Assembly (NCBI GenBank): GCA_977030845.1
Contig: OZ365112.1
Location: 8,494,001 to 8,558,000 of the forward strand
Direction of reading: 5' to 3'
Length of the DNA: 64,000 nucleotides
Source: Fimbriosthenelais zetlandica
Lineage: Eukaryota
A program made the translations under genes and the position numbers. The notes beneath the pieces were generated by a model. The model was not told the origin of the DNA. It saw only the letters and a list, made by a program, of their open reading frames with translations, and ran no database searches. Below, piece by piece: positions 14,838 to 29,100 of the stretch. Each line of letters starts with the position of its first letter. The first letter of the stretch is position 1.

Positions 14838-15135
14838 CGCGCTCACACTGGAGGCGTGCATTTCTCCATCTGGAACACTTGGCTAACGCCCAAGTTTGTC
14901 CACAAGCGTTTCCAAAGTATGTTGATACATGTATGCATGTTGGGCTATACTGGAGCTTTTCCCTGGCCTTTGAAGCGAGTCTGATACATGCAAAATATTA
15001 GAACTTTTTGATTCAAACACTTTGACAATGTGTCTGCCTTTGAAGCAAAAGCATGCCTTGTAGAAAGACCAATATTTCAGACGCATCGCGGCATGCGTTT
15101 CAATTCTGCCTTTCAGACGCCTCCAGTGTGTGGAT
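14838..15135. mobile_element. MITE-like element, family A, about 290 bp
   Basis: 14-bp perfect inverted repeat CACACTGGAGGCGT (14844-14857) / ACGCCTCCAGTGTG (15117-15130). A related copy lies at about 22435-22690. Confidence 0.6.
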
Positions 15136-16544
15136 AGCATTACTGAAAACACTACATGTATATGTCCCCAAAAAGCATATTCTATATTAATCTTCTAAGT
15201 ATTAGATGAGAGAGCTTATTTTAAGGGAAGACCTACATGCATGTCTTTAGAAGCTGTTTATCAGAATATGAAGACACGCTGGGCTAAGATCACAGTGCAT
15301 GCATGTCGGCGCAAACAAAGCATGTAAATACTTTTAATGTTTGGCAGTTATCCCTGGGGCGCGGCCATGTACATGTTTGTAACACATGTATTAAAGGCCC
15401 TGCAGCTGGTGATCATTGATTATTTTACCCGTGGATATTTCTGGCCTGTCAGATCAATACCAACTGTTATTATTGGCTACAGAAATATCATTACAAGGTT
15501 GACATGGTTGAAACAAGTGCTAGAGGCTCGTTTTATTTATGATATAGATACAGCTCAATCGCTTTCAAGTGTATATCAATACCTTGCTTGTTAACCATGC
15601 ACTTTCGTTACGTGCATGCAAATCATGCATTTATGTGCAGAAAAAATGTTTATTTTATTAAAAAAAACAATTTTTCAAGGAAACATAATATTATTATGTA
15701 TGTTTATGAAAATATGTAAGAAATGCATATATTTTTTAAATATTATAACGGTCTATCCCATTCCAGTCTATCCCTTTAATTTGCATTCGATCTGGTCTAA
15801 TATTCCAACATTGACACAGCATAATATTCAACAACCCACTGGGTCAATTCCATGAAGTTGTCTGCAGTCTCAGTCTGCTTTTTGACCCCGAAACTAGAAA
15901 GATTCCAATACAGGGCGCGGTGACCTTTTCCCTTCTATCACAGCAAGAAAAGTGGTAGAATTAGTAGGAAATGAGGCAATAGCCTGTTGAAATGCTGCCC
16001 TCTTCAGACAATGACTTTCCTTTTCTCCTTTGTTGCTCCTGATGAAAGAGGAGTAGGAGTAATCAGGGAGGCTGGGTCTACAATTATAGCCTGGTCCTTG
16101 TGTAAGGCAAGACTCCATGCGGCTCTGAGATGGGCAATGTACGAGTAACAGCTAAATAGCGATAGTTCCCGAGCAACCGCACCTCACCTGGACCAGAAGG
16201 GATATGCTGATATTTGGAAGTTCAATAGGTTCACCAATAAAAGTCCAATATACAATTTGGCATATTTTAAATCCTCCAAAATATGGGATGGGACAGTAGT
16301 TGATATTCAGCATGTTGCATCGTTGCCATGTTACTGCACTGAGTTAATAGACTTTAGAGACATGGGAGTGGACGATAAATGTCACAATTGAAACCAAATC
16401 CCAATGTTAGCAAGGGATGGTTCAATAGCAATGATAAAGGCCCATTTGCCTGAATGCAATTCACCGCATTACACAGTCTCCTTTTTCTTCTTCAAAGTTC
16501 AGCCAGACAAGAGCATCAATCAGGGCGGGAGATTAGGCGCCTTG

Positions 16545-16558
16545 GTTACCATGGAAAC
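16545..16558. promoter_or_regulatory. RFX X-box-like motif GTTACCATGGAAAC with an adjacent GC box (GGGCGGG, about 16523-16529)
   Basis: Fits GTTRCCATGGNAAC with no mismatch. Function is not shown by the sequence. Confidence 0.4.
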
Positions 16559-19500
16559 AGGACGCTCCTCCGCCATTTGATCACCTCGCCTGGACATGGG
16601 AGGTGTATGCGTCTCTCCAGAAGAATAATACAGCCTAGTGGCTGCAGTAATCTCTGATGGATGACCGGCTCATCATAATACTGAGGCATCTAAAGTATAT
16701 GGGTCCATATTTTATCATACCAAGAGGGTCTGTAATTGAAAAATGTAGGCCTATATATATTTTTTTGTAAAAGTACAAATAAAATCAGATATTGTATCTG
16801 CACCAATGCGGGTAAAAACGCAGTCTATTTTCATCATGAGGTATTGTAATGTCTGACCTGTATTGAAAAAAGAAGGTCGAGGCCTATAATTTCCAACAAA
16901 ATGCATTACATGTACATGGTTTTATCATACCAGGCCATTTGACCATTCACTCACTCTCACTCACGGAGGATTCGATTTTTCTTCAGATGAGAGACGACAT
17001 GTTACTATTACATATTATACAACATGCTATTATATTCTTCCAGTATATATATGGCACACCCTAATCTCATTGAGACGCTGTCAGCTTATATAAGGCATTA
17101 AGAACACACCCACTAATCCACCTTTAAGTGTTAGCTATGTCTCGCACTCAAGGACTGCACATTGATCGTCTATTTATGGGTGGCCTTCATCGAACCACCC
17201 ACATATAGAAGTACCAAGGCAGTAAATGGTCTGCACCTTGTATGTTTCACACCGGCTATTTATATATAGCAGACATGTTGATAAACTTCTGTGCTCTCTG
17301 ATGTAATGACACAAGGTCGCTCACTCTCCTCAGTGAATTACATTTCGATTGACTGGCTTTGTTCCCGCAGGGTTTATTTTCCAAGCCTTTGACACAGAAC
17401 ACAGCTGTTGCAGGCTAACTTTTTCCCACGTTGAAAGCGGTAACCTATGTGTAAACTGGTCACATATGGGAGGCGTGCGTTTGTTTGTCCTTCTGAAGCT
17501 GAACACGTGGCTAATGCAAGCATTGTTTCACCACCAACATTGTAATATGTTGATAAAAGACATATATGTTGAGCCAAACTGAAGTATTTTCACTTGCGGT
17601 TGATCTGACATTCGGACTTCAGTACCCAAAATATGAAAAGGTTTTGATCATAAAGCTTCGATCATGTGTCTGCCTTTTGGACGTGTGCAGCAGTGGAGTC
17701 CCAACATAATAGTATTGACAAGTGAATCCAAGTCAGCGCATGAGCCTTCCTCTGGTATAAATTGGCCTTTCTGCCTACCACCCATTATACTGATGGATGT
17801 CTGCCTTTAGACTTGTAACCCTGGGTTACACGACAACAATTGGCCAAGCAAATAGAATGTTAAATTCAACATCCATGATCATCCCTATATATATTTATTC
17901 ATACATATATCCATGCCTGTCTGAATATGTTTAAAAAATTGGTTTTCTTAATGGTGTTAGCAAAGGGATGCAATATATATATGCAGAAGCTGGTCTTTAA
18001 GTTTAAGTGATTTTCAATAGATGAAAATAAAATGTGAGTAAAATCAAGTGGGTGAATCTCTGGGGGGCCTACTAAGTGGTTGGTTAAATGTGGAGAGGGG
18101 TGTATGGGTTGGTGTTGTATCCTGCCCCATTATACCACTTCGTGCCTAACATTATGACGATCTGTTGATAGGCCAGATGCTGCAAAACAGGGACAGACAA
18201 TGGTTTTAAACGGAATATTTTGAAAAATTATATATAATATGGGTAGTGCATTTAAGGACATTGTCCTCAACGTCATTGCTCATGTCAATAAATTTATCAA
18301 TGTCATTGATTGTATGTAGAAAAAGTATATATCATGTCCATATATAAATGCAGTATATCAGTGGTATTGAATTTAAGACATGATACGACCATGGGGGTAT
18401 AGTCAATATATCTAATTTTTTACCCTATCCTCATACTGTCATGTTAACCTAGAAACAGAATTTAATCGATAATAAAATCTGACAAACTTCAATAAGAAAA
18501 ATGTCAGTCCGTCTACACATGAATTGCGGGCTTGATATTTATTGACGAGCTTTATATTCTATCACTGGCCGTAGTAAAGGTGTAGAAGGAAGTATTGGCG
18601 GTTCCTGGTCCCCTGTCCTCATTATAGTACTGAATATGATAAAGATGGATATGATCATTCAGCTCGACCAAATGAAATAAGATGCTTCATCCAGATGGCT
18701 ATCTCCTGCTGGATGACGAGGCGTGAGGAGGACTTGTTTTGTGACGCTCCTGATAAATATCTCATTTCCTCGACAGCAGACAAAAGCAGTCAAAAGTCTG
18801 CCGATATTGCAAAGGCCCAGTCAGTGAGAGTGGGCATCATTTGTTATCCCCGACCATTGGAGTTGCTCACATACTATGGCAGGGTAAGTGGCGAGCTGGT
18901 TGCCTGCTCTTTAATCCACCGACTAAGTGATCATCCAGTGTCATTTTGTAGAGGAGAGTAGCAAATCGGTTGGAGGCATTATGTGGATAATCTTTGCCGA
19001 TTGGGTGGACCGGGAAGTATTGGGGGACACCAGCATGGCCAATAATCTCAGTCTGTGACTGAGCTAGGGGGGCTTGGGTGGTATCCTCCAACCTGCTGTA
19101 GATGGGCAGAGAGATGTAAGTACCATGCAGCGACCAGGACTAGAGGATGTCAGGAAACCCTACTCAACATTGAGAGGCTTTAACAACCTCCAGGGTTGTT
19201 TTCACTATATATGGGCTGAAGTCTTCTGCAAGGTTTAAAGTCTTCTACCATCCAGTCCTCAACTGGGTAGTCAGTGTTTATAATAAAATGGAGCTACTTC
19301 ACGTTTAACTATCTTGTGTTCACAACTGATTGAACAATTCATATTTGATGAAACATATGAAAATGTGATCAAGAGAATAGATCTAATCAGAAAATAGATT
19401 TAATCAGGGCTAATGGATTAGGGTAGAATACGTTATATAAGACAGAACCTGTATACATGTAGACGTTATCAGCGGTAGAAGATCCCTGGTTATTCTATAA

Positions 19501-19633
19501 TCCTCTCCCCGCTAGGAAACCCCTCTGTATTAATAATGTTACCCTGATGAAGAACATTAGCGGGCAGGCCTACGCTACCTGTTATATCTGTAAAATTACG
19601 GGTAATGCCGGCCTTGCATCCTGATAGATAGGT

Positions 19634-19806
19634 CCCCTAGTTAGGCTCAAGGAGATATAGCACCCCTTAGTTAGGCTCAAGGAGATATAGCACCCCTTAG
19701 TTAGGCTCAAGGAGATATAACACCCCTTAGTTAGGCTCAAGGAGATACAGCAGCCCTTAGTTAGGCTCAAGGAGATATAGCACGCCTGAGTTAGGCTCAA
19801 AGATAG
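19634..19806. repeat. 30-bp minisatellite, about 5.7 copies (agttaggctcaaggagatatagcacccctt)
   Basis: Near-identical 30-bp periodicity. It produces the spurious repetitive ORF 19582..19809. Confidence 0.95.
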
Positions 19807-20919
19807 CAAGGTTTTCTATGGGTATTCACCCATAGTGGACCTCAGTGCAGGAACCAGCAGTGCTTGAAAAATGTACCTCCTAATTAGATATATTAAAATA
19901 TTTATTAGCTTCTGCACAGGCACTAATGGGTACATTATCAAATATCCTGTTGCTAATATGGTCTTTTCTATTGGATGCCGTTCTTTTATTTTGTGAAAAA
20001 TAAGCTATTGTAATCCCCACTTAGTTGAGAATGCTCTAGAGAGCAGCTGATGTGATCCAATGGCAAAAATGCTTATGGGGAAGCTTTGTATTTTGGTTCC
20101 TGATTTCCTTAATGCGCTCAGACTGGGTTCCTGGATCCTGCCTATAATTAGAGCTGCGGGAGATTTCTGTTTTAGAAAAAAAACATTCCCAGGAATGATA
20201 AAAACAGCGGTAGGAACGTTGGGCTGTCTTTTTATATTACCAGAGGAGCCTTTGTTGTTGAAAGATTTTAGCTTCCACGGGTATGCTTCTATACATTTCA
20301 AGAGCGCAACAGCATGACTGATTGCTAGAAAAGCTCAATCTGGAATATTCCTAAGGGAGTAATTGGCACCAGTCGGTTTTTACACATCCTCAGCAAAGTG
20401 TAAAGGATGCTGGATGGTGAAGAGGGATAAAGAAAGGACATATCGAAAGCGAAACTTACTCACAATCCATGTATGAAAGACAGAGAGTGAGGGATGGAGG
20501 CTTAAAGAATTGTAGTGATACGCTCTGTGCAAAGGCGATTATGATATTCACGACAAAGATGAGTGGAAGGCAAATAGCTTAGGAAGGAAAATTTGATGTG
20601 TAGAGATCAGGGAAAATAGTGAGGCGGATGATTTGTTGCCTGAAGCACTGTGTACATATCTTAGGTCAGTATTTCTTCCTGAGCAGATAGCCAGTGTCAA
20701 GCCATCATAGCCTATATAGGTCCAGGCTTTATTGTACATGTACCTATACTGGGTCACATATCATGGCCCTCAATGCTTTATGGACTCTGATTAACACCCA
20801 TTGTACCATCCGATTTCCTCAATATTATCTGGATCAGCAATGGATAACGGATGGTTTCTTTTGGGTTCAAAATTATTAGGCATGTAAAATGTTCATATTC
20901 CAACTTAGACTATTTTGAT

Positions 20920-21120
20920 TGTAATGTATGGCTAGCTTGACCGCGGTTCTTTTTCCTTGCGAGTGTTGCGAATTTGTTGCAGCAAGCCCTTGTGGCTGAC
21001 ATTTCCATAGGTATCAACTGCCATATCGAACACATGAATAAGGTACAATATAGACATAGGAAGCCCCTGCTAGTGCAGTTACAGATACGGCAGAAAATCC
21101 AGTGGAACTACCCCATGATG
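20920..21120 (+). mobile_element. Dispersed repeat family B (MITE-like, about 210 bp), copy 1
   Basis: Shares gttgcga..cccttgtg..tcaactg.catat..cccctgctagtgcagtta..ccagtggaactacc with the copies at about 45465 and 56640. Confidence 0.65.
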
Positions 21121-22434
21121 GTTCCCATGAATAAGCGTGTTATACTAGGATATTCTGGTTGATATGGATGTACACAGCTCGCTGTGAGATCTAGGATGCC
21201 TCCTAAAGGCCTGATGATTGTAGTGCTTCAGTGACTGACCCAGTGCCTCCAGGCTGGGTCTTTACTGCATGACAACCATTGTCTCACACTGACACTGACT
21301 GTCATGCAGGCCTGTCACTATACCACACAGAGTTCTATCACTCACAGCAATCTCCCCAACACACGCTCCTCCTAACATGACCTTTCATGGATTCATCAAA
21401 GAGGAATGGGGAAGGCAATGTTCAATGCATGTAGGTTCTCCTATAACGAACACATTTGTTGGAAACAAATCAAAACCATTTTAGGAGAGAAAATGTCAGC
21501 ATATCATTTCATTTGTATTATCTAATTTAAAATGCTGAAGGTCAAGAACTCTTTTTTTGAAGTTAGTTCTCTTCAAAAGTGTGTATATGGTTGAAATTCC
21601 CGTTTTTATATGAGCTATATTTATGCAACATGAAGTATTGTGTCAGCAATTTGTGTTCAATATTTCTATGGCTTGCTCCTCCTAGATTCACATATGATAC
21701 ATGGGAAACGCTCGACCTGAGCAGTCCGTTTTTCCTGCTCCAGTTTTTCCCACCCTGGCACCCCAGATCTCTAACTCAGTCAGAGTTATAGAGGTTATTT
21801 ATACATGTAGCTACATCTTTTACTCCCCCCACACCTTTCCCTCTGCAGCTGGCAGCCCTCCCCACCCAGTCTATGTCTATTATATTTGGAGATGATGTCT
21901 GGGTTGGTAAGAAGCTGGTCTGCTCTTGTAACAAACTGATTCCCCCCCGGGGGTGTCTCAGCTATAGACGCACAGACAGAACCCCCGCAGACAAGAGAGA
22001 GGCAGATGACCAGCTGCCGGGTGGAGGCAGGTACTGGGGAGCTCGGGAGCCAAGCACGGGGCCGAGGCATGCCCCAGGTACTGTATGGGAATCAAGGTAA
22101 TCACCACACACAAAAGGTGAATTACATGTTCACCACCAAGTCCCTGACAAATCTAGCCTCTACTAGCCCTTGTTGATTGTTCCCACATGGCATGTAGGCA
22201 CTTCTCAACTATATTATATTCATGAGATATAATAGACTCAACGACCTGAATCGATGTAAATATTATAAGGAATTTCCTTCTAATAATTTGTGTTAAGGAC
22301 TGATTTAACACATGGGGCTCAAAACATAGTTTGACACAGCATTGCACTGGGTTCGAATCCCATCCTGGGTGGGCATTTTAGCCATTGAAAACAAACAGGA
22401 TCTAGGGATGCAGTTAGAAGGTTAGACTATAATG

Positions 22435-22690
22435 CACTCACATGCCACTGTCCAGTGAAATCTGAGAAGGTCCAGAGTGTGATAAAATGCATGCATGTCA
22501 GGCCTTTGAGGCATCTGATATTTCTGACTAAGACCATGCGTCACATGTTTTTCAACGCCTGCTTTGACTCAAACGCGGGCTTTCTAGCAACGGACTTCAT
22601 GACACATTTCTAGGTGTGCCAAATTGCTTATGCATTTCAAATGTATACGTTTCAATTTTCGTTCTCAGACGCCTGCAGTGTGGGGCTAAC
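22435..22690. mobile_element. Diverged copy of MITE family A
   Basis: gtttcaattttcgttctcagacgcctgcagtgtgggg matches gtttcaattctgcctttcagacgcctccagtgtgtgg (15107-15133 region), and ggcctttgaggcatctgata matches ggcctttgaagcgagtctgata. Confidence 0.5.
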
Positions 22691-22952
22691 TTAAGACTGA
22701 CAAATTGAAGACGACTAAATGAGAAGTTTTAGATGATTGTAAATCTGTGTTGCTGGCCGTTTCATTGAACCAGCAGCCACTCAGCCCACCTGCTCACTAC
22801 TGGTGAACAGTTAACAGATAGGTGAGCAGCTCACAGCCTGTCTACTGTATATCACGGGTCACTGCCATACTCCATTCGTCAAGGAGGCCATGATCAATAG
22901 AGGCGAGTGGACAGCAGGCGGGAGACTCACACAGAGGGGGAGAGGAAGGTCC

Positions 22953-23152
22953 ATTGGCCATCAGCTTACAGTGGCAACTGGCACTCAAACTGCGACCAAT
23001 TCCCTCCTAAGGAAGCCAATAGCTACCAATGGAAAGCATCTCTAATTAGAGCTCAATATGAGCCAATGGGAGACGATTAGCGAAAGGAAAGCCAATACAT
23101 TGTCATCAATACAATGCAATAAATATCTATGACAATATAAATGGGTATAAAT
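22953..23152 (+). promoter_or_regulatory. Cluster of CCAAT boxes followed by two TATAAAT motifs
   Basis: CCAAT at 22996, 23016, 23026, 23063 and 23092, ATTGG at 22953, TATAAAT at 23136 and 23146. Confidence 0.35.
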
Positions 23153-26100
23153 GAAGGGAATGCAGCTGATGGAAGCACAGGCCTTGCTGAGAGAAGGCTT
23201 TACAGTCCCTGAGATATATATATATATATTATACAGTTTCCTCTGGCTTCTAATCTATTGCCATAATACATATTTAAAGACTGTATTCCGAGCACTGCAC
23301 AGTGTCGCTAAACAAGATCCAATAGCTAGAGATCTGTCGCTGGATATTGTTCTCCCTTTCTGGCAGATGAAATATTGCTGCCTTCCAAAAAGCATCACTT
23401 CAATTCACTTTCAGCTAAAAGGCCGTGCTGTAGCTCTACGCTGGTATTGGCCAGGGGTGTTACCAGACAAAAAGGCCCTAATCTAAACTAATAGTTCAAA
23501 CTCACGCCACATGCCTCGGACAAACAAACATTTTCTTCAAACAGAATATTTACACATTTCTAAGAATTGTTTTTAGCATTTAAGGCCTTTCTTAAAGCAT
23601 ATAAGACCTTTTTCAAGCATTTAAGGCAATTTGGCCAGGAGAGATTTCAGGGAAATCATTAATCGTTTCCTCTAGAGAATATCATATGGGGCTTTGTGCC
23701 TATAGTTGAGTATGAGTGATGTAATTGTTAGTGGGTAGAGGTTGTGATGGTATCGGTACACTGGGACTGTGTTGAAGCAGGCTGTGACTGATGCTGTGAC
23801 TGCACTGACACCGGCAAATGTCGGCCTCCATCAGGAAAGAGCAAGATCAGTCCTCCAAGGACCTACAGCTATAGGCAAGCTGGGTGATGGCCCTTCTGTA
23901 CTGATGAGATTGAGGAGAAAGGCTATACTACAGGCTGGCACAATGTGCCTGCACTTCCCCCCACAAGAAGCCTTTAGAACTCGGCTCAGATCTGCCATTT
24001 TTCTTCCTGTTTTTTCAGGCTTGTACAATGCACGGAGCAGCTTTCTAAAGTCTGATGTTATTCGTCCTGCTTGTTCACCTGTATATATTACCGCCTGACA
24101 TTCTCTCACCCCCGTATATATAAATCCCTTCATCTGTCATCTGAATTCACCGACAGAAATGCTCATAAGAATTTCTGTCAGAGCAGTGAGTTATGTACCT
24201 CACTGAGGCCTTTTCTCCTTTTAATCCTTCACTTTTCTTGTTGAAATAACTTTTCCAATGTATTACAGTGATTTGTGTGAGCATACATCTAGGCTAATGC
24301 TTTCTTTGTACTTTTTCATGCATTAAAATTTCAGGGTAGTTTAAGGGAGTCATTCACCTCAGTTTCTACGTAATATTTGTTCTAAACATAACCCGTCACT
24401 TATCCTGCGGATCCTGTGCAGCTGAAAGCCCTTAAAAGCTTTTCACTTTGAACATCCATGTGAAGCTTTTCCACTCACCGAACCCCACCAAAAGCCAGTA
24501 AGCTCAGTAAGGAAAAAACCCATCTCGTGCAGGGTCATCAACACTGGCAGGAGGATGATCAGAGAAATCACAGCTGTCCCACAAACCCAATGTCAATCCC
24601 TCCTTCATCTCTCCGCTCTCTCCCTTGCCTTTTGCTCATTGTTTCCATTGCTTTCACTTGTGAGGTCAGGGTTGGCAGGCTGCATGTCAAGTGCCATGTT
24701 AGCAGTAATGTGAGTGACACCTTAGCCACCTTACTCCCTCAGGGAACACGTGCTCGGCTTTGGGAAGAGTGAGCTCGCATGATGAGCTACTATGCTCCTC
24801 TATCTTCTCCAGTCTACCTTGATGGTGAAACAAAAACAGCGAAACGTAAAAAAATGAAACAAATAACAAAAAATCAGATTTGCACTAACCTCAGGCATGA
24901 CCTTTCGCACTATAGGGGACCTTTAAAACATTGGCTTTACAGCTCTTGCCTGAAGATTCATATGTCATGCTTGTTACTAGGAATGAATCCATAGTCGAAT
25001 ATCACAAGCAATTTTTCACCAGTTTTAAGCTTTCAGGAGGGAATTTTAATTTATTCAGGAATCATGATAAAATAATTAAAATGGTCATGTTATAGATGGC
25101 CATGAGTTAAGGCAGGAGAGGGTATGGCATCCAGGCTTGGACGTCCATTACATTCAGGATACTGGGTTTTCCTCCATGGTAGGAATGGACTGAATCTCAA
25201 TGGTTCACACTGTTTGTGATAGCAGCCTGGTCTTGCGACCACCCGATCAATCCTGCCAACTTGAAGGCCTCTCTAAAATGGCTGTTTCTTCCTGCTGCAG
25301 CCACAGGACGCCCAGCTGTATTTCCCAGGAGTGACTATATTACTCCCACAGCTGCTTTAGTTTTGATTTAATGCAAGCTTTGCAATTCTCTCCTTCACTC
25401 ATTGCTAGCGATGAGATTCTTTCTTTTTTTTCTTTGGCTCATATTATAGACCAACACTCAATTTACTGAAACATAAACCAGTATGAAAACCGAGATTTCA
25501 AATGGTTTCGCATGGAATTATCTAAACTATTAATCAGTTTCAAACTAGCTCTTTTATTGCGGCTATTGTTAGTGCTTTGTTGTAAAGAGACTAAATGAAT
25601 TGCAGTTCTTCAGCAAAGAGAAAACTTCTCTTTTCTTTCTAATTCTATACAAAAGTCAATTGAGTATAAAAGTGCCTGACTTATAGGCACATCCATCTCC
25701 AAATCTATCAGCATCATAAGGGCCAACACAAAGCCTGTTTATTTATTGGCATCGGGTTTGTCATGCTCCCATTCTATCCCTATAACCGCACAGCTTCTGT
25801 CCAATGCAGCAAATGCAAGAAATCAAGTGCAATATATTGGCCACATGTTGCACATTGACTTTCATGTTTTGGGCTTGTTAGCCTGAGGGTCCATTGTGTT
25901 GGGCCTGGAAACCTTGTGAAAAAGGACACCAAGGCAATGACAGGGAGAGAATGACCAGCCTATGATTTATAGCTAGAATCTCTTCTGCTATTCACCAACA
26001 TAGTCTGGCTGTATGTGTGGGCTATTGCCCTTCCTGCATACACATTCATACCTATGTAGTGAGTCTACCCTATCTTTTACCTCGTTTTATGTCCCACAGT

Positions 26101-29100
26101 CGACTGCTGCTACTTTTCTGTACCGTCATTTCAGTCATGAGCGGGCAGGCTTGCTGGGGAAAGCAGCACACACATACCTCTTGCTCAGAGCAGCACAAAG
26201 GAACGTGTGAGATAAAATGATAAGTGTGGGACATGAAGTGAGGGTAATGTCAGTGATACAGTGGTGGTCTTTAGTGAAGGCAGCATCTTATAGCCTCTCT
26301 CTGCACCACCAAGTACTATACAGTCTATATGATGGCGCTCCATTGCAACTTTTGCCTTAGACCTCATCACATATCTGAGCACCCCTTCATCACACTTGGT
26401 CAGGACCGATTCAAGCCGAGAGGTAGTTTTTTTATTGGCCATTCACCCTCACCATTGCTGATGTCTGATGCTCTGTTTACTTCCAAGGATAAATGTTGTG
26501 ATATTTCACTTTACTCTGTCACTTCTCTGCGTCAGAGACAATTCATTGGTGATGCCCTAGGCTGGGGTGTAATTATTTTTAGCTGCAGTGTTTGGACTGG
26601 GTTGATTTATGCTGCCTTGGGAAGAAAGAGCAGGTAACAAAAGCAGCATGGATGATATATATATGGTCAATACTGCATACAGATGGGAGCTTCCATTGAG
26701 GACAAACCAGGCAACTAATTCATTGTTTGTTTGGAGCGAGTGCGATTCAAGCCATCATGTTTGATTATGATCAGGTTCCTTTAGACTCTACAAGAAGGAC
26801 TCGTTTGTTAGAATAATTTGCTCGTGATTAAATAAAAAATTGGTGATATATTACACAATAACACTAACATTATAACCCGTACCAGTATTCACATTACACT
26901 TGCAAATCAAGTTGCAAAAAAATGTATTCTATATTGCTGTACCATTGCATATTACATGCAATCATTGGTAGCTATAAGAAAAGTCCCATTATTCAGCGTT
27001 TAAAAGCTGTATAGAAGATGAAAGCACCATATGCCTGGGACCTTTCTATGGTAATCTCTGTATCTGAAACCAGGTGTTCAAAGCTGTGTGTTAGACTGCC
27101 ATGGACCACACAAATACAAGCTGTTTAATGCATTCAGTCTGCTGCCTCCTCCAAACACGAATCGCTGCCTCCATATATATGATCTTTAAAACCAACCATC
27201 AAGAGTATGTATTGTAAATGCCAAGGCAACTGTCATATATAGTGTGGCACAGGTGTTTCTTCTTGAAAGGATTTGTTTTGGAAATGAGACCATCTAAATG
27301 TTGCTGGCTATATGTATATAGTCCTTGATTCAATTTCATCAATGCTAAATCCTCAAACAACCATGATCTACTGTAAGGGGGATAAACAAAACAGATTCAG
27401 TAAAAGGTGGATAGCGATCCGATAAATGCAGATATATTGCAAAATCTGCTATGTGAGAATATACATAGATATCAGTGTTATTCGTGAAAAAAAGAAAAAA
27501 AAAAGAAAGGAGAAAGGAATGCTAAAACAGGTGTTTCCAATCTGGGTAGATAATAAGGGGTTACCCAGTCAGCGTATGTGATATAGATAGAATTGGGCGT
27601 GAGGATTGGAAAAAGTGAGAGGAGGGAGTTGCCAAGTTCGACCAAGGTCAATCAATCTGTGCCTGAACCAGTAGTGTATAGTTGGCGTTAGCCAGGCCAT
27701 TCCCCCTCCACACGTCATCGTGATTGACTGTACATCTGAAAGGCATTGAGAGCTCTTCTACTGAAGTGTTATCACGCATGGGAATTCATGTCATATCCCA
27801 ATTCTCCTCTCTAGACCGGGATAAGTGTCCATGACTCAACGCCATGCCGCCTGCTGATCAAAACACATTTCTCCACACATCCCGTCTTGAAATACATCCT
27901 CCTGAAATAAGCAGAGATTGGAGGAAAAAAATTCCCCGCTGATATCGGAAGCTGTGTTTGATTTCAGCCACTTGAAACCCTGTTGATTTTCCAGGATTCA
28001 ATGGATTTCAACTGCTTTGGTGGTTTCCATATGTTGTGAATGGTGGGTGGGAAATACAGGTGGTAGGAATCTGGGGTGGTTGAGAAGCCAAATCGACACG
28101 GGAAGAGAAGCCCAATAGGAAGCCACCTGGATGAACCAATGAAGCCAGTACTTAAAGAACCCTGGCGCTGTTTTTCAGCCATCGCCCATCGTCCCTCAGC
28201 TCACCAAGCAATATTGCTTCTCTTAAGATGAGGTTTTTCCCTCGGGCTGAAGCAACCTCAAGGCATTGTTCCTGACTTGATGAAGGAGTTGTTGAGGAAA
28301 ATTAATTCAAGCGTATCTCCACATGATCTACCTCAAATTACTGTTACCTTATGCCAACACCAATCCGACCCTGGGCGGTTTTAAATCCCCCTTCAGCTTG
28401 ATTGCTTGATGTTTCTTTTTTGGGTCTTTTCTTGTAACCGACCCAGATGGTCTTCAGGGTCTTAATTGGTGGGTCATTAAGAAATCCCTAAAGTGTTCCC
28501 CTCCTCATTACTATGGAAAACTGGTTCTATTTTAAACAAAAGAGAATCATATTCAGTCACCTGAGAATTGGTTATTTTATCATTATGGATCATGACAGCT
28601 GTGTTGAGATAATAATGAAATTAAAGGAGCGATTCTGGGAGGATAATTTAAGAACAGCATGAATGTCAACTGTTGGGTTTCATCCCAAGATTTAATTAAA
28701 AGATGGCCTGATTTGTCATAAATTATTTACAGAAACTGTGGTATGTTTGTTTGGAGGCTAACTATAGCATTTTAGCTGTCAATAGTGTGCATTGATTGGA
28801 GATAATGGTTCATAATGAATGATCAGTAGAGAGAGGCTATTGACGAAGGGCTTCCCCCTCGTGGTCAAGGGTTTGTGGAGCATACAGCTGATGGGGAGGG
28901 TGAGCAGTAGGGAGGGCGGGTATATTTATGTGTTGGGGTTGTGTATGTTTACATACATCTCTGGGGAGTCTGTATTTACCATGGAGGAGCTGCCAATTAT
29001 CTCGACGCTCGCCTCCCGGCCTACACCCAGGAGGCACTTGGCACCCTGCATACCCGTTACGAGAGTAGTCCTATACACTCTTAACGATAACCCAGAAGAT

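Noticed and set aside
22349-22361. tRNA or SINE from the B-box GGGTTCGAATCCC
   Set aside because: No A-box or cloverleaf could be built around it. At most a SINE trace.
23769-24133. Overlapping 100-109 aa ORFs on both strands
   Set aside because: No recognisable family motif and no splice signals linking them to a gene.
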